From: an uncultured Verrucomicrobiae bacterium
Lineage (GTDB): Bacteria > Verrucomicrobiota > Verrucomicrobiia > Limisphaerales > Palsa-1400
NCBI GenBank assembly: GCA_963707025.1
Contig: CAVPOM010000006.1
Coordinates: forward strand, 160,001-224,000
Direction: 5' to 3'
DNA: 64,000 nucleotides
In this document: positions 11,372-21,961 of the stretch, one piece after another
Layout of the letters: the number at the start of each line of letters is the position of its first letter
How positions within the stretch are numbered: the stretch's first letter is position 1
Translations under genes and position numbers: made by a program
The notes under the pieces: model-generated
What the model was told of the DNA's origin: nothing
The model's input: the letters and a program-made list of their open reading frames with translations, nothing else
Database searches by the model: none

Positions 11372-12478
11372 TTATTCTGGCTCCTGCACGCGGGCGATCA
11401 ACATCAAATCGCCGCCGGCCCGCCGCCATTGCGCCTGGCGCAGGGTGATTTTGCCGCCGGGAGTCAGAGCGGCGTCCCCCGCCACCGCCGTGGGCGCGCG
11501 GCGGCCGCCCAGGATGAGGGGCGCGTAGAAGAACACCACCCGCTGGCACAGCGGCGCCCACAGGGCGTTGGTCTCGCCGCCCCCTTCCACCAGGAGGCTG
11601 GTGACGTTTTCCCGGCCCAGGGTTTTGAGCAGCCAGGGCAGATCAATCCGGCCGCGCCGGGCGGGCGCCACCAGCACGCGCACCCGCCGGCGCAAGGCGG
11701 CCACCCGTTTGGGCGGGGCCGATTTGATGACGACTATCGTAGTCAAAGGCGCGGAGGCGCCGCTTAAAATCCCGGCCGTCAGGGGAGTCCGCCCGCGCGG
11801 ATCCAGCACCAGCCGGCGCAGCGCCCGGCCGGCCAAACCGGGGGGGCGGGCGGTCAGGGCGGGATCGTCCACTAATATAGTATTGACTCCGACCAGGACC
11901 GCGTCCGCGCCGGCGCGCAGCTTCATGGCCAGGGCGCGGGCCGGCGCGCTGGTGATCCATTTGGATTCCCCGGTGACGGTGGCGATTTTTCCGTCCAGGG
12001 ACATGGCGGCCTTGACCGTGACAAACGGGGTGCGGCGCACGATCCAATGGTTGAAGGCTTCATTGAGCCGGGCGCATTCGCCGGCCAGGAGGCCGCGCGC
12101 CAGGGAAAGGCCGGCGCGCCGGAGAATGCGGAAGCCCCGTCCGGCGTGGCGGGGATTGGGATCGGTCGCGCCGGCCACCACCCGCCGGATGCCGGCGGCG
12201 ATGATCGCGGCCGTGCAGGGCGGGGTGCGGCCCTGCGTGCAACAAGGTTCCAGCGTGACGTAAAGGGTGGCGCCTTTGGCGTTGTGTCCGGCGCTTTGCG
12301 CGTCGCGGATGGCTTCGATTTCCGCGTGCGGCTGGCCCGCGCCCCGATGCCAGCCCCGGCCGATGATCTTGCCGCCCTTGACCAGCACCGCGCCGACCAT
12401 GGGATTGGGCGAAGTCCGTCCATAAGCCCGGCGCGCCAGCCGCAGGGCCAGACGCATCAATTTAGGATTCGTGAACAC
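11372..12478 (-). CDS. ribD: Bifunctional riboflavin deaminase/reductase
   Basis: PNPMVG, HAE, TLEPC..GRTPPC, SLDGKIA, LLVEGG. Confidence 0.96.
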   Translation of the reverse strand: MFTNPKLMRLALRLARRAYGRTSPNPMVGAVLVKGGKIIGRGWHRGAGQPHAEIEAIRDAQSAGHNAKGATLYVTLEPCCTQGRTPPCTAAIIAAGIRRVVAGATDPNPRHAGRGFRILRRAGLSLARGLLAGECARLNEAFNHWIVRRTPFVTVKAAMSLDGKIATVTGESKWITSAPARALAMKLRAGADAVLVGVNTILVDDPALTARPPGLAGRALRRLVLDPRGRTPLTAGILSGASAPLTTIVVIKSAPPKRVAALRRRVRVLVAPARRGRIDLPWLLKTLGRENVTSLLVEGGGETNALWAPLCQRVVFFYAPLILGGRRAPTAVAGDAALTPGGKITLRQAQWRRAGGDLMLIARVQEPE

Positions 12479-12516
12479 CCGCTGGCGAACTTCATTGCCA
12501 TGAAGCCCGGATCAAA

Positions 12517-12810
12517 TCAAGCCGAGGCCGGTTCCCTTTTGCGTTTCCAGGCCTTTTCGGTGTATCTCCGGGCTTCGTGCGCCCCGCGCAACAGACAGGC
12601 AGAACTGATATCGCAGTCCAGTTTTGGCCAATGAACCGAGGAGTGGCAAATCTCATAGGCCGCGCGTTCCTTGGGCGTCGCCAGCAGGAGCGTTGGATAA
12701 AATGCCAGTGGCACGCTTACAGAACGTCCGTCCTCCAGCTCGAAGGTCAGCCGTTGGTTGGTGATGCGAACCGCCGTGACATCCGGCGGCGGAGTGTTAT
12801 TCAGTTTCAT
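12517..12810 (-). CDS. DUF2442 family protein (putative TA partner)
   Basis: LEDGRSVSVPLAFYPTL..AT..ER...VHWPKLDCDIS. Confidence 0.85.
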   Translation of the reverse strand: MKLNNTPPPDVTAVRITNQRLTFELEDGRSVSVPLAFYPTLLLATPKERAAYEICHSSVHWPKLDCDISSACLLRGAHEARRYTEKAWKRKREPASA

Positions 12811-13027
12811 CCCAAGCTCTCAATAATCTGGTTTCATGCCGTCGTAATATCCGCGCGATTTCCCGAAGTTCCGCTTCGCGAAACCCCTTGTTCCAACTTA
12901 ACTGCACCGGCGCGAGCCAGAATTTTGCCTCGCCGCCGCTTTTGTGAACGTGAACGTGGGCCGGTTCATCAGGTTCCGAACTGTAAAACCCAATGCGATA
13001 CCCTTTCTCTCGCAAAATCGTCGGCAC
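12797..13027 (-). CDS. DUF4160 family protein (putative TA component)
   Basis: GYRIGFYS.EPDEPAHVHV...EAKFWL. Confidence 0.88.
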   Translation of the reverse strand: MPTILREKGYRIGFYSSEPDEPAHVHVHKSGGEAKFWLAPVQLSWNKGFREAELREIARILRRHETRLLRAWDETE

Positions 13028-13405
13028 TTTGGAAGGTTAAACCATAATTCTTCCCCTGACAAGACCCGTCGCGCCCCCCACCGCGCCAACCAGGGGCAGA
13101 GGCAGGCCAATTTGGAGGAATATTAGAAGTTGAAATTTAACGAATCAAAAATTCAACGAATTAACTTGACGGGGAAAAAGGCCTCTGCTATATATGAAAT
13201 CAATCATTTGGCTACAGTTGTCGGCCAAATAGTCCGTCACGCTCGGAAAGGTTGCCGGGAACTTTATGGGCAGGAACGGTTTCTTTCGGCATGGGAATTT
13301 GTCCGCGCGGGACGGCGAAAATCATGAATGAACCCAAGACCCCGCTGTAGTTAACCCGGGGAGAAGCCAGAAGAACCAAACCAACATGCAGCCGAAAGGA
13401 GAATT

Positions 13406-16400
13406 ATGAAAAAGACTCTCTTTTGCCCCAGGACTTCACTCCGTGCCACCGCGATCGCCACCTGCGCAATCAGTTTGTTGCTGGCCTTGGCGGCCAGGCC
13501 CGTCCGGGCGGATTGGCCCAACACCAACGCCACCAAGTATGTGCAGTTGCCCGATACGTCCGCTCTGGGCTACAATGTGCTGGCCGCCCGGCCTGTGGCG
13601 GGCAGCGCTCCGGGCAAGGCCATCATCCTGGCCGATGATTTTCCCTGCATCCGAACCGGACCCATTACCGACATCCACATCTGGGCCTCCTGGCTGGGAG
13701 ATGCCGGCACCGCCAATGTCCCCGACATCCCGATCACCCTGGCCATTTGGTCCGATGTGGCGGCCACCACCAATGCCGACGGCCAAGCGGTGCCCAGCCA
13801 TCCCGGCCAACGCCTTTGGAGCCAAAACTTCCTTCCCGGCGGGCCGCTCCCCGGTCACTACGAAATTCAGCCCTGGCCCCCGATGCCCCTGACCACCCAG
13901 CCATTCTGGAGTCCCGACCCGCCACCCGCCGGCGCCATCCTGGGCACCGATCACATCGTCTGGCAGTATAATTTCTATCCCGACGCCGCCAATATTTTTG
14001 TCCAGCAAGGCACGCCCAGCAATCCGGTCATGTACTGGCTGTCGGTGACCGCGGGCAATATCATCGAGTCCTTTGGCTGGATGACCGCCGCCACCAATGC
14101 CTACGACAACGCCGTTTTTGGACATCTGGATAGCACGGGAACTCCACTCAACGATTGGAACGAATTGATTTCTCCGCCGACTCCCGGGCAAGTGAGCCGA
14201 AGTCTCGATCTGGCGTTTGCCCTGACCACGACCAACCAGCCCACGCCGCCACCACCGCCGCCCACCGCCAGCAAATGGGTCCAGGACCCCGATTTGGCCA
14301 ATGGTTACGACATCAATGCCAGTTCCGTGGATCAGACCCTGACTTTGGCCGACGATTTCCCGTGCCTGGTCGCCGCGCCCATCACCAATATCCAGCTTTG
14401 GGGTTCCTGGCAGAACGACGTCACCCCCGCCGGCAGCACCTTTGAAGTCAGCATCTGGAGCGATTTTCCCCGGACCTCCGCCGCTGCCTTCAGCCAGCCC
14501 TTCCAGCGCTTGTGGCATCAGACTTACAGTCCCGGCGATTATACCTTCACGCACTATGCCGACGGCACCGAGCACTTTTTTGATGAAGACACCGGATTGC
14601 TCTCGCCCGAAACCAATGTCTGGCTTTACAGCTTCGATGTTCCCTCCTCCAATCCGTTCTGCCAGCAAGGCCCCGGCCACATCTATTGGGTGTCCGTCGC
14701 CGTCCTGCCGCCCCCGGCCGCGTTTCTGAAGTGGGGTTGGAAAACCTCCACCAACCATTGGGGTGACACCGCCGTCTATGGAAAAGTGGATCCGGTCTCC
14801 GGCCTTCCGCTGTCTGTCTGGCAGCCGTTATACGCTCCCATCGCACCAGCCCCCGAGCCGCTCGATTTCGCCTTCCGCATCAACGGCGGCGCGCCCAGTC
14901 CGGATTGCGATCCCAACATGAGCGGCGGCGATATCCAACGGCCCGACACTTCCGCCAATGGCTTGGACGTTTATGCGGTGGCCCCGACGCAGGTGGGGGA
15001 TGATTTCCTTTGCCAAAGCACCGGCCCGATCAGCGGCTTCACCGTTTGGGGGTCGTGGCTCAATGACTTGGTGGACACCAACGCCTGGTTCCTGGTCAAT
15101 CTCTGGAGCGATGTGCCGGCCGCGGCCGTAGCGGGCGCCCCTGGCTTCAGCCACCCGGGTTCCCTCCTGTGCAGCACCGTGTTCTATCCGCCCCGGACCG
15201 TCGGCACCTCGGTGCAGCGTTACCAGTCCAGCCTCTACGCCTCCAACCTGCAGGAGACTTTCTTCAATCCCAATCCTCCCATCATGCTGGGCGCCGACAC
15301 CCAAATCTGGCGCTATGACTTCTTCCCGTTTGTGCCTTCGTGTTTCTTCCAGCGAGGGTCCCCCTTCAACGGCGGGCTTACGTATTGGGTCACCGTCAGT
15401 TATATGCCCAGCCCCAACACCCCCAGCCCCAACCCCTATCAATTTGGCTGGAAGACCTCCACCAACCATTGGGGCGACGCCGCCGTCTTCGGTCACGGCG
15501 CGGGTGATTGGCAGCCGCTGATGGATCCACGCAGCGGCGGCAACCTGGATTTGTCCCGCGTGATTTGGAAGTTCCCGGTCGTCGGCATCAACAAGGACAT
15601 GGTCAACCTGACGGGAGCCGCCGCCGATGGGATTCAACTGGTTCTAAGCGGCCCGCATCTCATCACCTGGCACTACGACGGTGTGCCGCCATGGAGCTCA
15701 TTCCTGGCTTCCAACGACACCTCCGGCAACACCGTTCTCACCTGGTCGGGCGGCCCGCCCGTGGCGCCCGGCGCGACCAACCACATCGGATTTGAAACCC
15801 CCGGCACAGTCCTGCCGGCGATTCTCTCCATCAACTGGCTCTCTGGAACCAATATCATCGGCCCTGCTCTCCAGGCCAATTTCCACTTCCTGGGCGGTCC
15901 GACTTACGTCCACAACAACATTTATCCCACACCCATCGTGCTTGCCAACGCCAGCCTTGAATTCTACTCCACTCCGCCGCCGCTCGATCAGTTGAATCCC
16001 AATGGCCAGCGCAGTCCCATCTCTGTTGTTCCTCTCACCGCGCCTCCGAATCCCCTCTTGCCCGGAGATTGGGCTTCCATGGCCGGCCCGGCGGCCATGC
16101 CCTCCGCCGCGCAATATGTCCTCATCATCGTCGTCTGTAGAAATGCCGACGGCCAGCTTGGGGCGACTGACTTCGTCCTGCTGCCGCTGGATGCGGCCTT
16201 GGCGCCGAGCCTCACCTCCGTCGCCGGTCCGAGCGCCATCGCCGGCGGCAACGTCACGATTCACGTTGCCTCGCTGGTCGGGCGCACCTACCAACTGCAA
16301 TTCAGCGGCACGCTCAACGGCGCCACCTCCTGGGTCAATGTGGGCAGTCCCGTCATGGCCAATGGCGCGGATACGATGTTCTCCGTGCCCGCAACTGGCG

Positions 16401-16435
16401 CGCAGAACTTTTACCGCGTGGTGCTCCTGCCGTAG
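13406..16435 (+). CDS. Large secreted protein with three tandem ~200-230 aa repeats and a Verrucomicrobia-type C-terminal domain
   Basis: Signal peptide; repeated Q.PD / DDF.C / W.SW / YW..V / GW.T / D.AV.G motifs; C-terminal YQLQFSGTL...W...FYRV. Confidence 0.85.
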   Translation: MKKTLFCPRTSLRATAIATCAISLLLALAARPVRADWPNTNATKYVQLPDTSALGYNVLAARPVAGSAPGKAIILADDFPCIRTGPITDIHIWASWLGDAGTANVPDIPITLAIWSDVAATTNADGQAVPSHPGQRLWSQNFLPGGPLPGHYEIQPWPPMPLTTQPFWSPDPPPAGAILGTDHIVWQYNFYPDAANIFVQQGTPSNPVMYWLSVTAGNIIESFGWMTAATNAYDNAVFGHLDSTGTPLNDWNELISPPTPGQVSRSLDLAFALTTTNQPTPPPPPPTASKWVQDPDLANGYDINASSVDQTLTLADDFPCLVAAPITNIQLWGSWQNDVTPAGSTFEVSIWSDFPRTSAAAFSQPFQRLWHQTYSPGDYTFTHYADGTEHFFDEDTGLLSPETNVWLYSFDVPSSNPFCQQGPGHIYWVSVAVLPPPAAFLKWGWKTSTNHWGDTAVYGKVDPVSGLPLSVWQPLYAPIAPAPEPLDFAFRINGGAPSPDCDPNMSGGDIQRPDTSANGLDVYAVAPTQVGDDFLCQSTGPISGFTVWGSWLNDLVDTNAWFLVNLWSDVPAAAVAGAPGFSHPGSLLCSTVFYPPRTVGTSVQRYQSSLYASNLQETFFNPNPPIMLGADTQIWRYDFFPFVPSCFFQRGSPFNGGLTYWVTVSYMPSPNTPSPNPYQFGWKTSTNHWGDAAVFGHGAGDWQPLMDPRSGGNLDLSRVIWKFPVVGINKDMVNLTGAAADGIQLVLSGPHLITWHYDGVPPWSSFLASNDTSGNTVLTWSGGPPVAPGATNHIGFETPGTVLPAILSINWLSGTNIIGPALQANFHFLGGPTYVHNNIYPTPIVLANASLEFYSTPPPLDQLNPNGQRSPISVVPLTAPPNPLLPGDWASMAGPAAMPSAAQYVLIIVVCRNADGQLGATDFVLLPLDAALAPSLTSVAGPSAIAGGNVTIHVASLVGRTYQLQFSGTLNGATSWVNVGSPVMANGADTMFSVPATGAQNFYRVVLLP

Positions 16436-16467
16436 GCCGGATATTTCATATCCGCTCTCGCATCCGC

Positions 16468-16647
16468 TGGGTGGCCCAAGGCGGCCCGTCTGTGGCGGCC
16501 GGCGACCCGCCGGCCGCAACGGCGTATGCTGCCGGCGGAGTGCGGCCGTCCCCGGCCGCAGCAAGCCAGGGATTGTTTGGGCGCCCAGGAAAATCACCGC
16601 TGCGCCGTGTTTCCCACGCGGCGGCGCCCGAGGACGGGCGCACTCCG
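16468..16647. repeat. REP-like palindromic cluster
   Basis: CGGAGTGCGGCCGTCCCCGGCCGC (16536) is inverted to GCGCCCGAGGACGGGCGCACTCCG (ends 16647), 21/24; additional hairpin GCGGCCGGCGACCCGCCGGCCGC. Confidence 0.7.
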
Positions 16648-16822
16648 AGACATTCTTGAGCCTGACGCCGGTAACAGCGTCAAGAAACGCCATTCCTGCC
16701 CCCGCCACAAAGGGCTTGCTCAGTTTTTGGGAACCGTGTTACTTTCCCGGCCTTGATTTTGCACGGGCAGGGTGGTCCGTAATGCGGCCGCCGCACACGC
16801 GTCCGGCAAAGGCAAATTACAA

Positions 16823-17563
16823 ATGAAAACAAACATACTGGCAAAATTGGCTCTCTGTTATCTGGCCTTCCAGGCCGGAGGGGCTGGACAAAAGGCGTTG
16901 GCGCAGGCCGCCGCGCTTAAGACCGATCAGGAGAAGTTGAGTTATTCCCTGGGCGTCTATTACGGCAACAATATCAAGGGCATCGGGGAGGCGTTGGATA
17001 CCGACGCCCTGACCAGGGGAATGAAAGATGCCGTGGCCGGCAACCCCACCTTGCTCACCGAAAGCGAGATGGGCAAGATTTTGCAGGCGCTCTCGGCCAA
17101 AGTCCAGGAGAAGCAGGCGGCCAAGCGCAAGGAACATGAGGACCTGTTCAAGGAGGAGAGCGCCAAAGACAACTTGAAGGAAGGGACGGAATTCCTGGCC
17201 AAAAACAAAAGCGCGCCGGGCGTCACCACGCTGACCAATGGGCTGCAATACAAGATCCTCACCGCCGGCACGGGTCCCATCCCCAAGCCGAGCGACACCG
17301 TCCAGGTGAATTATCGCGGCACGTTCCTGGACGGCAAGGAGTTTGACGCCACGCCGCCCGACAAGCATTTTCCGTGCAGTCTGGCCGGAGGCGTCATTGA
17401 CGGCTGGCTCGACATCTTAAGAATCATGCCGACCGGTTCCAAATGGAAAGTCTTCATCCCCCCCGACCTGGCCTACCACGCGCAGGGGCATCCGGGGGCG
17501 ATCCCTCCCAATGCCACCTTGATCTTTGAGATGGAGTTGGTCTCGATTAATCCGGCCAAATAA
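16823..17563 (+). CDS. FKBP-type peptidyl-prolyl isomerase (FkpA/Mip-like, exported)
   Basis: KLSYSLG, GLQYKILTAGTG, VNYRGTFLDGKEFD, VIDGW, IPPNATLIFEMEL. Confidence 0.95.
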   Translation: MKTNILAKLALCYLAFQAGGAGQKALAQAAALKTDQEKLSYSLGVYYGNNIKGIGEALDTDALTRGMKDAVAGNPTLLTESEMGKILQALSAKVQEKQAAKRKEHEDLFKEESAKDNLKEGTEFLAKNKSAPGVTTLTNGLQYKILTAGTGPIPKPSDTVQVNYRGTFLDGKEFDATPPDKHFPCSLAGGVIDGWLDILRIMPTGSKWKVFIPPDLAYHAQGHPGAIPPNATLIFEMELVSINPAK

Positions 17564-17626
17564 ACCCGGCCCCGCCCGCCGCCCTGGCGGCTGCTGCTTC
17601 TTTTGAGGGATGCCAGAGTCCTTGCT

Positions 17627-17735
17627 GGCAGGGCGGGTCCCGAATTATCGGGACCCGAGCACGACGGTAGTGCGAAGTTTGTTCCTGGCAATGCCCGACG
17701 GGGGCAGTCCCGGCAGGCCGGGACCCTCCCCTTCC
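17627..17735. repeat. REP-like inverted repeats between convergent genes (possible terminator)
   Basis: CGGGTCCCGA-ATTA-TCGGGACCCG hairpin; GGCAGGGCGGGTCCCG ... CGGGACCCTCCCCTTCC. Confidence 0.5.
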
Positions 17736-17775
17736 CGGCCCACCCATAATTGACGCATTACTGTTTTGCCTTGCC

Positions 17776-19041
17776 TCACCGCCGCAACAGGACATCGCGT
17801 TCGTATTGCTTGACCTCACCCAGCCAGGCGCCTTCCGCCGGGACGCCCGATTGCTCGCAATAATAATCCCACACCGCCCCATGCGGCAAAGTTTTGGCCG
17901 CCTCCAACAGCGCCAGGCGCGAGGTGTAATCGTGCGCGCCCTCCGCCCGGCGCAGGGTGGCGATGGGTTCGAGCAGGGCGATGAGCAGCGCCTTGAGCAC
18001 GCTCCGCGCGCCGATGACGTAGGCCGCCACCCGGTTGATGCTGGCGTCGAAAAAGTCCAGCCCGAGGTGGATGCGGTCCAGATAATCCCCGCGCACCATT
18101 TCCTGGGCCATCATCTGCAGGTCATCGGACAGAATCACCACATGGTCGCTGTCCCACCGCACCCCGCGGCTGACGTGGAAAAGAATTTCATCCAGCGATT
18201 CCAGCACGGAGGAGATCTTGTCCGCGATGCTCTCGGTGGGATGAAAATGGCCCGTATCCAGGCAGAGCAGCTTTTTGTGGCGGATGGCGTACCCATAATA
18301 AAACTCCGCCGAGCCTACCACGTAGCTTTCCGACCCCAGGCCAAACAATTTTGGTTCCACCGAATCCAGATTGTGTTTCGGGCTGATGGGCGGCGCAAAA
18401 ACCGCGTCCAGCGCTTCGGCCAGGCGCTGGCGCGGGCCTTTGCGGTCCACCGGCGTGTCCTTGTATCCGTCGGGGATCCACAAGTTGGTCACGCAAGGGT
18501 TTCCCTGCGCCTTGCCCAGGGCCGCGCCGATTTTGCGCGAGGCGATGCAGTGCTCGATCCAAAATTGCCGGATGCCCTTGTCCGGGTGGGAAAGGGTGAA
18601 GCCGTCCGCCGCCTTGGGATGGGAAAAGCAAGTCGGGTTGAAATCCAGCCCCAGCCGGCTGGCTTTGGCCCAATCCATCCAGTTCTGAAAATGGGCCGGG
18701 GTGATTTCGTTGCGCGAGACGCGCCGGCCGCCCGTTTCCGCGTAGATGGCGTGCAGCGCCAGCCGATGGCGGCCGGGAATGAGCGAGTAAGTCTTGTCCA
18801 GGTCCGCCCGCAATTCCTCCGGCGTGCGCGCCTTGCCCGGATAATTGCCCGTCACCGCCAGTCCGCCGCCCAGCTCGCCGCCGGGGTTTTCATAACCGCC
18901 CACGTCATCCCCCTGCCAGCAGTGCAGGGAGATGGAGACTTGGCGCAAGCGCCGCAGGGCCGCTTCGGCGTCAACGCCCAATTCAGCATAAATCTCGCGG
19001 GCGGGTTTGTAAGCATTGTGGATGGATTTGGTCGTGGTCAT
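17776..19041 (-). CDS. rhaA: L-rhamnose isomerase
   Basis: [53 protein letters not shown]. Confidence 0.96.
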   Translation of the reverse strand: MTTTKSIHNAYKPAREIYAELGVDAEAALRRLRQVSISLHCWQGDDVGGYENPGGELGGGLAVTGNYPGKARTPEELRADLDKTYSLIPGRHRLALHAIYAETGGRRVSRNEITPAHFQNWMDWAKASRLGLDFNPTCFSHPKAADGFTLSHPDKGIRQFWIEHCIASRKIGAALGKAQGNPCVTNLWIPDGYKDTPVDRKGPRQRLAEALDAVFAPPISPKHNLDSVEPKLFGLGSESYVVGSAEFYYGYAIRHKKLLCLDTGHFHPTESIADKISSVLESLDEILFHVSRGVRWDSDHVVILSDDLQMMAQEMVRGDYLDRIHLGLDFFDASINRVAAYVIGARSVLKALLIALLEPIATLRRAEGAHDYTSRLALLEAAKTLPHGAVWDYYCEQSGVPAEGAWLGEVKQYERDVLLRR

Positions 19042-19065
19042 ATCTGGTTTGTGTGGTGATGAGGA

Positions 19066-21945
19066 TTAAGATCGGGACGGCCGCCCGGGGCTGGCGGCGG
19101 CTTTGGGCGACGGTGCGGCCGCTGCCATCTTTGGGGGCGGAACGAAATGGGTGTAAATCAAGAAAGCCCCCAGCAGGAGGCCCACGGCCAGGGCGGCCAG
19201 GGTGACGTAAAGGGGGCCTTGCGAAGGTTGGAAGCGGAAGTCAATCGTGTGCTCCCCAGGGCTCAGGTAAACGCCGCGCATGATATAATTGCACTGCAAT
19301 GCGGCCACCGGCTTTTGGTCAACCCAGGCATGCCAGTCCGGGTCGGTCCGGTCATTGAGCAGCAGGACGGCGGCGGATTTGACGGTGGCCTGGAGGCGGA
19401 CTTCCTTGGGTTTGTAATCCACAATATGCACCGTGCCAGGGTCCGCCTCCGGAGCCGCGGCGGGTGGAACCGGGGTGTTGCTGGAGACTAAAACGGTTTT
19501 CATGGGGTCAAAGGTATCCGAATCCAGCAGTTGCAGCGCGGAGGCGTCGTCGGCCGGGATCTGCCAGTTGCAATAAAGTTTGGCGCGGGGCAGGGCGTTG
19601 GTGATTTCGATTAGCGCGAACGGGCCGTTGTTGGTGAGGAGGGCCGTCAGATCGCCGGAGTCCTCCGCTTTGTTGGTAACCCACGGTTTGTAAACCAAGT
19701 CGAAGCGGGCGCGAATCTGAAAGCCGTGCTGCATCGGGTCGGTGTGGTCGTTGAGGTAGGGCACCACGTCGGCGGGGGCCAGCAGGTAGCGGGCGTTGCA
19801 GAGTTTCCAAAGCCGGACGGGCGGCGCGAAATCCATCCCCTCAACCGTCCGCGCGTATTTTGGGGCAAAGGTGTCCAGCATCTTAATTTCCTGGATGGGC
19901 GGGCGCGCCAGTTGGTCAAAGTCCATCGCCTGGATGTCGTGGTAGGGGAAATCGTTTTCCAGCCACCAATGGCAGACGGACCCCAAAATCCCATATTCCC
20001 CATGACACAAAGCATAGCCGCTTTCATTGGGGGCCAGCTTGGCCGCCACCCGGTGCTCATAAGGTTCCTGCCGCAGAATCTTCATGAGGTCGTTGTCGGC
20101 GTACTTTTCCTGGTAATTGTAATAGCGCACCCACGGCCGGTCCGCGCGGCTTAAATCGCAAATCATCACCGCGCTCAGCGCCACCCACGCCCACACCGCC
20201 CGGCGCCCGCGCAACACTCCCGTCAGGATGCAGACCACTGCCCCGGCGGACAAGCCCAGGTAAAGGGCAAACCGGCCCGCTTCGCCGATGGCGAAAGCGG
20301 CGATGCGCGACCCCCAGTCCTCGCCAAACCCCTGGTGCCCGATGTACTGGCTCAGGCGCTCGAGCAGATGCCGGGAAGGGCCGCCGCTGCCCGCCCCATA
20401 AATCCAGAAGGCCAGCCCGGCCGCGCCCGCCGCCAGCAGCAACCCGCCCATCCACCATTTCTCAAAGGCACTAAATCGTCTTGACTCAGCTTGGGCCGGG
20501 GCCTCCGGGGCGGCGGCGGCGGCGGGGCTTCGCAGATAACCCCGGTAGAGCGCCTCCAGCCCGAACCCCGCCAGGATGATCCACGCCAGATGAAACGGAT
20601 GCATGAACTTCATCGGGTTGCGGATGGTGGAGAAATACGGCAGGTGGTAAAGCCAGGCATAGAGAAAGGAGTAGCGGCCCCACGCCGCCACCAGCGAGAA
20701 CAAGGCCGCCAAACCCCAAAACCAGACCAGGCGCCGCTCGTTTTTGGAAAAGGGCGGCCCGGCGCGCCGCCCGGTGCTGGCCAGCGCGAAAAGGGCGAGC
20801 AAGCTAACCAGCACGCCCGCGAATTCGCCCGAGCCGGTATGGCGCCGCTGCCATCCGGTGCGCTGCACCAAGTTGTCAACAATGACTTCCCGGGCCACCG
20901 CATCGTCTTCCTCCAGGATTTTCACTTCCTCCGGCGGCAAACCCAGGGCCACGGCCAGGTTAGTGCGCGCCTGGCGGTCGCTGCTGTCCAGCGTGGTGAT
21001 GAACGGGTACTCCGCCACCTTGCCCCAATAAACCCCGGCCTTGTCCGCCGTGGTGTCGTAATTGAGCAGGCGATAGCCGAAGAGTCCCGGAATGAGGATG
21101 CGCCAGGTTTCCAGCTTGGGCAGGCTCCACATCGTCGCTTCGGTCCAGCGCCTTTGTTTCTCTTCGGCCGTTTGTCCCATCCCGGAGATCCCTTTGATGG
21201 AAGTGCCGACCAGGGTATAGAGCGTGCTGAAGGCGATCAACACAGCAAAGAGCACCACCACCACACCCATGCCCGCCCCCCGGCCGATCCGCCGCGCCAG
21301 GCTGGACTCGGTGATCCAGGACAGAAACACCACGAAAACTCCGGCATACACGCTCAGAATCGCCCCGCTGTCAAAACCTTCCATCACCGACATGCCGACC
21401 GCCAGCCCGGCCAGCGCCGCCTTGATCCAGCTTTGCCGGATCCAGTCCGTCACCAGGGCCGCCACTGCCAGGAAGATCATGGCCATGGCAATGTTCCAGG
21501 TTCCCACACCCCAGGTGGCGTTGGACCAGCAGTGCATGTTCAACCCCGCCGCCAGCCCGCCCACCACGCAGACCATGGGGGCGAACTTCAGTTGCCGGAA
21601 CATCACCCAGGCGCTGAATCCCAGCAACAACATGGTCAACGGCGCAAAGATCTTCAGGAACATCTCCGGCGAGATGAAGGTCGCCAAAATGGTCGCCAGG
21701 GTCGGCGACGAACTCGGCTCCTTGATCCCGATCCAGTTCCCCTCAATCCAAGCCCCGGTGTAAGTGTCCGGCAGCCGGGCCGACGCGGTCTTCAGCGCCC
21801 CCAGCGCGCTGTCGTTGGCCCACATGACATGATACGGCTTGAAGCCGTCATGGCACAACACCGCCAGCGCTCCTCCCAGCAAGGCCAGGAGGAGCAACCA
21901 GTGGGCATGGCGTTTCAGGCCGGTCCCGATTGCGTTGGCAGGCAT
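19066..21945 (-). CDS. YfhO-like polytopic membrane protein (probable GT-C glycosyltransferase)
   Basis: Many TM helices, LPYFSTIRNPMKF, LPRA, C-terminal W.A.VD....NYIMRGVYLSPGEHTIDFRF. Confidence 0.8.
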   Translation of the reverse strand: MPANAIGTGLKRHAHWLLLLALLGGALAVLCHDGFKPYHVMWANDSALGALKTASARLPDTYTGAWIEGNWIGIKEPSSSPTLATILATFISPEMFLKIFAPLTMLLLGFSAWVMFRQLKFAPMVCVVGGLAAGLNMHCWSNATWGVGTWNIAMAMIFLAVAALVTDWIRQSWIKAALAGLAVGMSVMEGFDSGAILSVYAGVFVVFLSWITESSLARRIGRGAGMGVVVVLFAVLIAFSTLYTLVGTSIKGISGMGQTAEEKQRRWTEATMWSLPKLETWRILIPGLFGYRLLNYDTTADKAGVYWGKVAEYPFITTLDSSDRQARTNLAVALGLPPEEVKILEEDDAVAREVIVDNLVQRTGWQRRHTGSGEFAGVLVSLLALFALASTGRRAGPPFSKNERRLVWFWGLAALFSLVAAWGRYSFLYAWLYHLPYFSTIRNPMKFMHPFHLAWIILAGFGLEALYRGYLRSPAAAAAPEAPAQAESRRFSAFEKWWMGGLLLAAGAAGLAFWIYGAGSGGPSRHLLERLSQYIGHQGFGEDWGSRIAAFAIGEAGRFALYLGLSAGAVVCILTGVLRGRRAVWAWVALSAVMICDLSRADRPWVRYYNYQEKYADNDLMKILRQEPYEHRVAAKLAPNESGYALCHGEYGILGSVCHWWLENDFPYHDIQAMDFDQLARPPIQEIKMLDTFAPKYARTVEGMDFAPPVRLWKLCNARYLLAPADVVPYLNDHTDPMQHGFQIRARFDLVYKPWVTNKAEDSGDLTALLTNNGPFALIEITNALPRAKLYCNWQIPADDASALQLLDSDTFDPMKTVLVSSNTPVPPAAAPEADPGTVHIVDYKPKEVRLQATVKSAAVLLLNDRTDPDWHAWVDQKPVAALQCNYIMRGVYLSPGEHTIDFRFQPSQGPLYVTLAALAVGLLLGAFLIYTHFVPPPKMAAAAPSPKAAASPGRPSRS

Positions 21946-21961
21946 GGCGGGAGGTTACCGG

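Noticed and set aside
13286..13303. Sigma-54 promoter upstream of the large secreted protein
   Set aside because: The spacing is off by one and the -12 GC is absent
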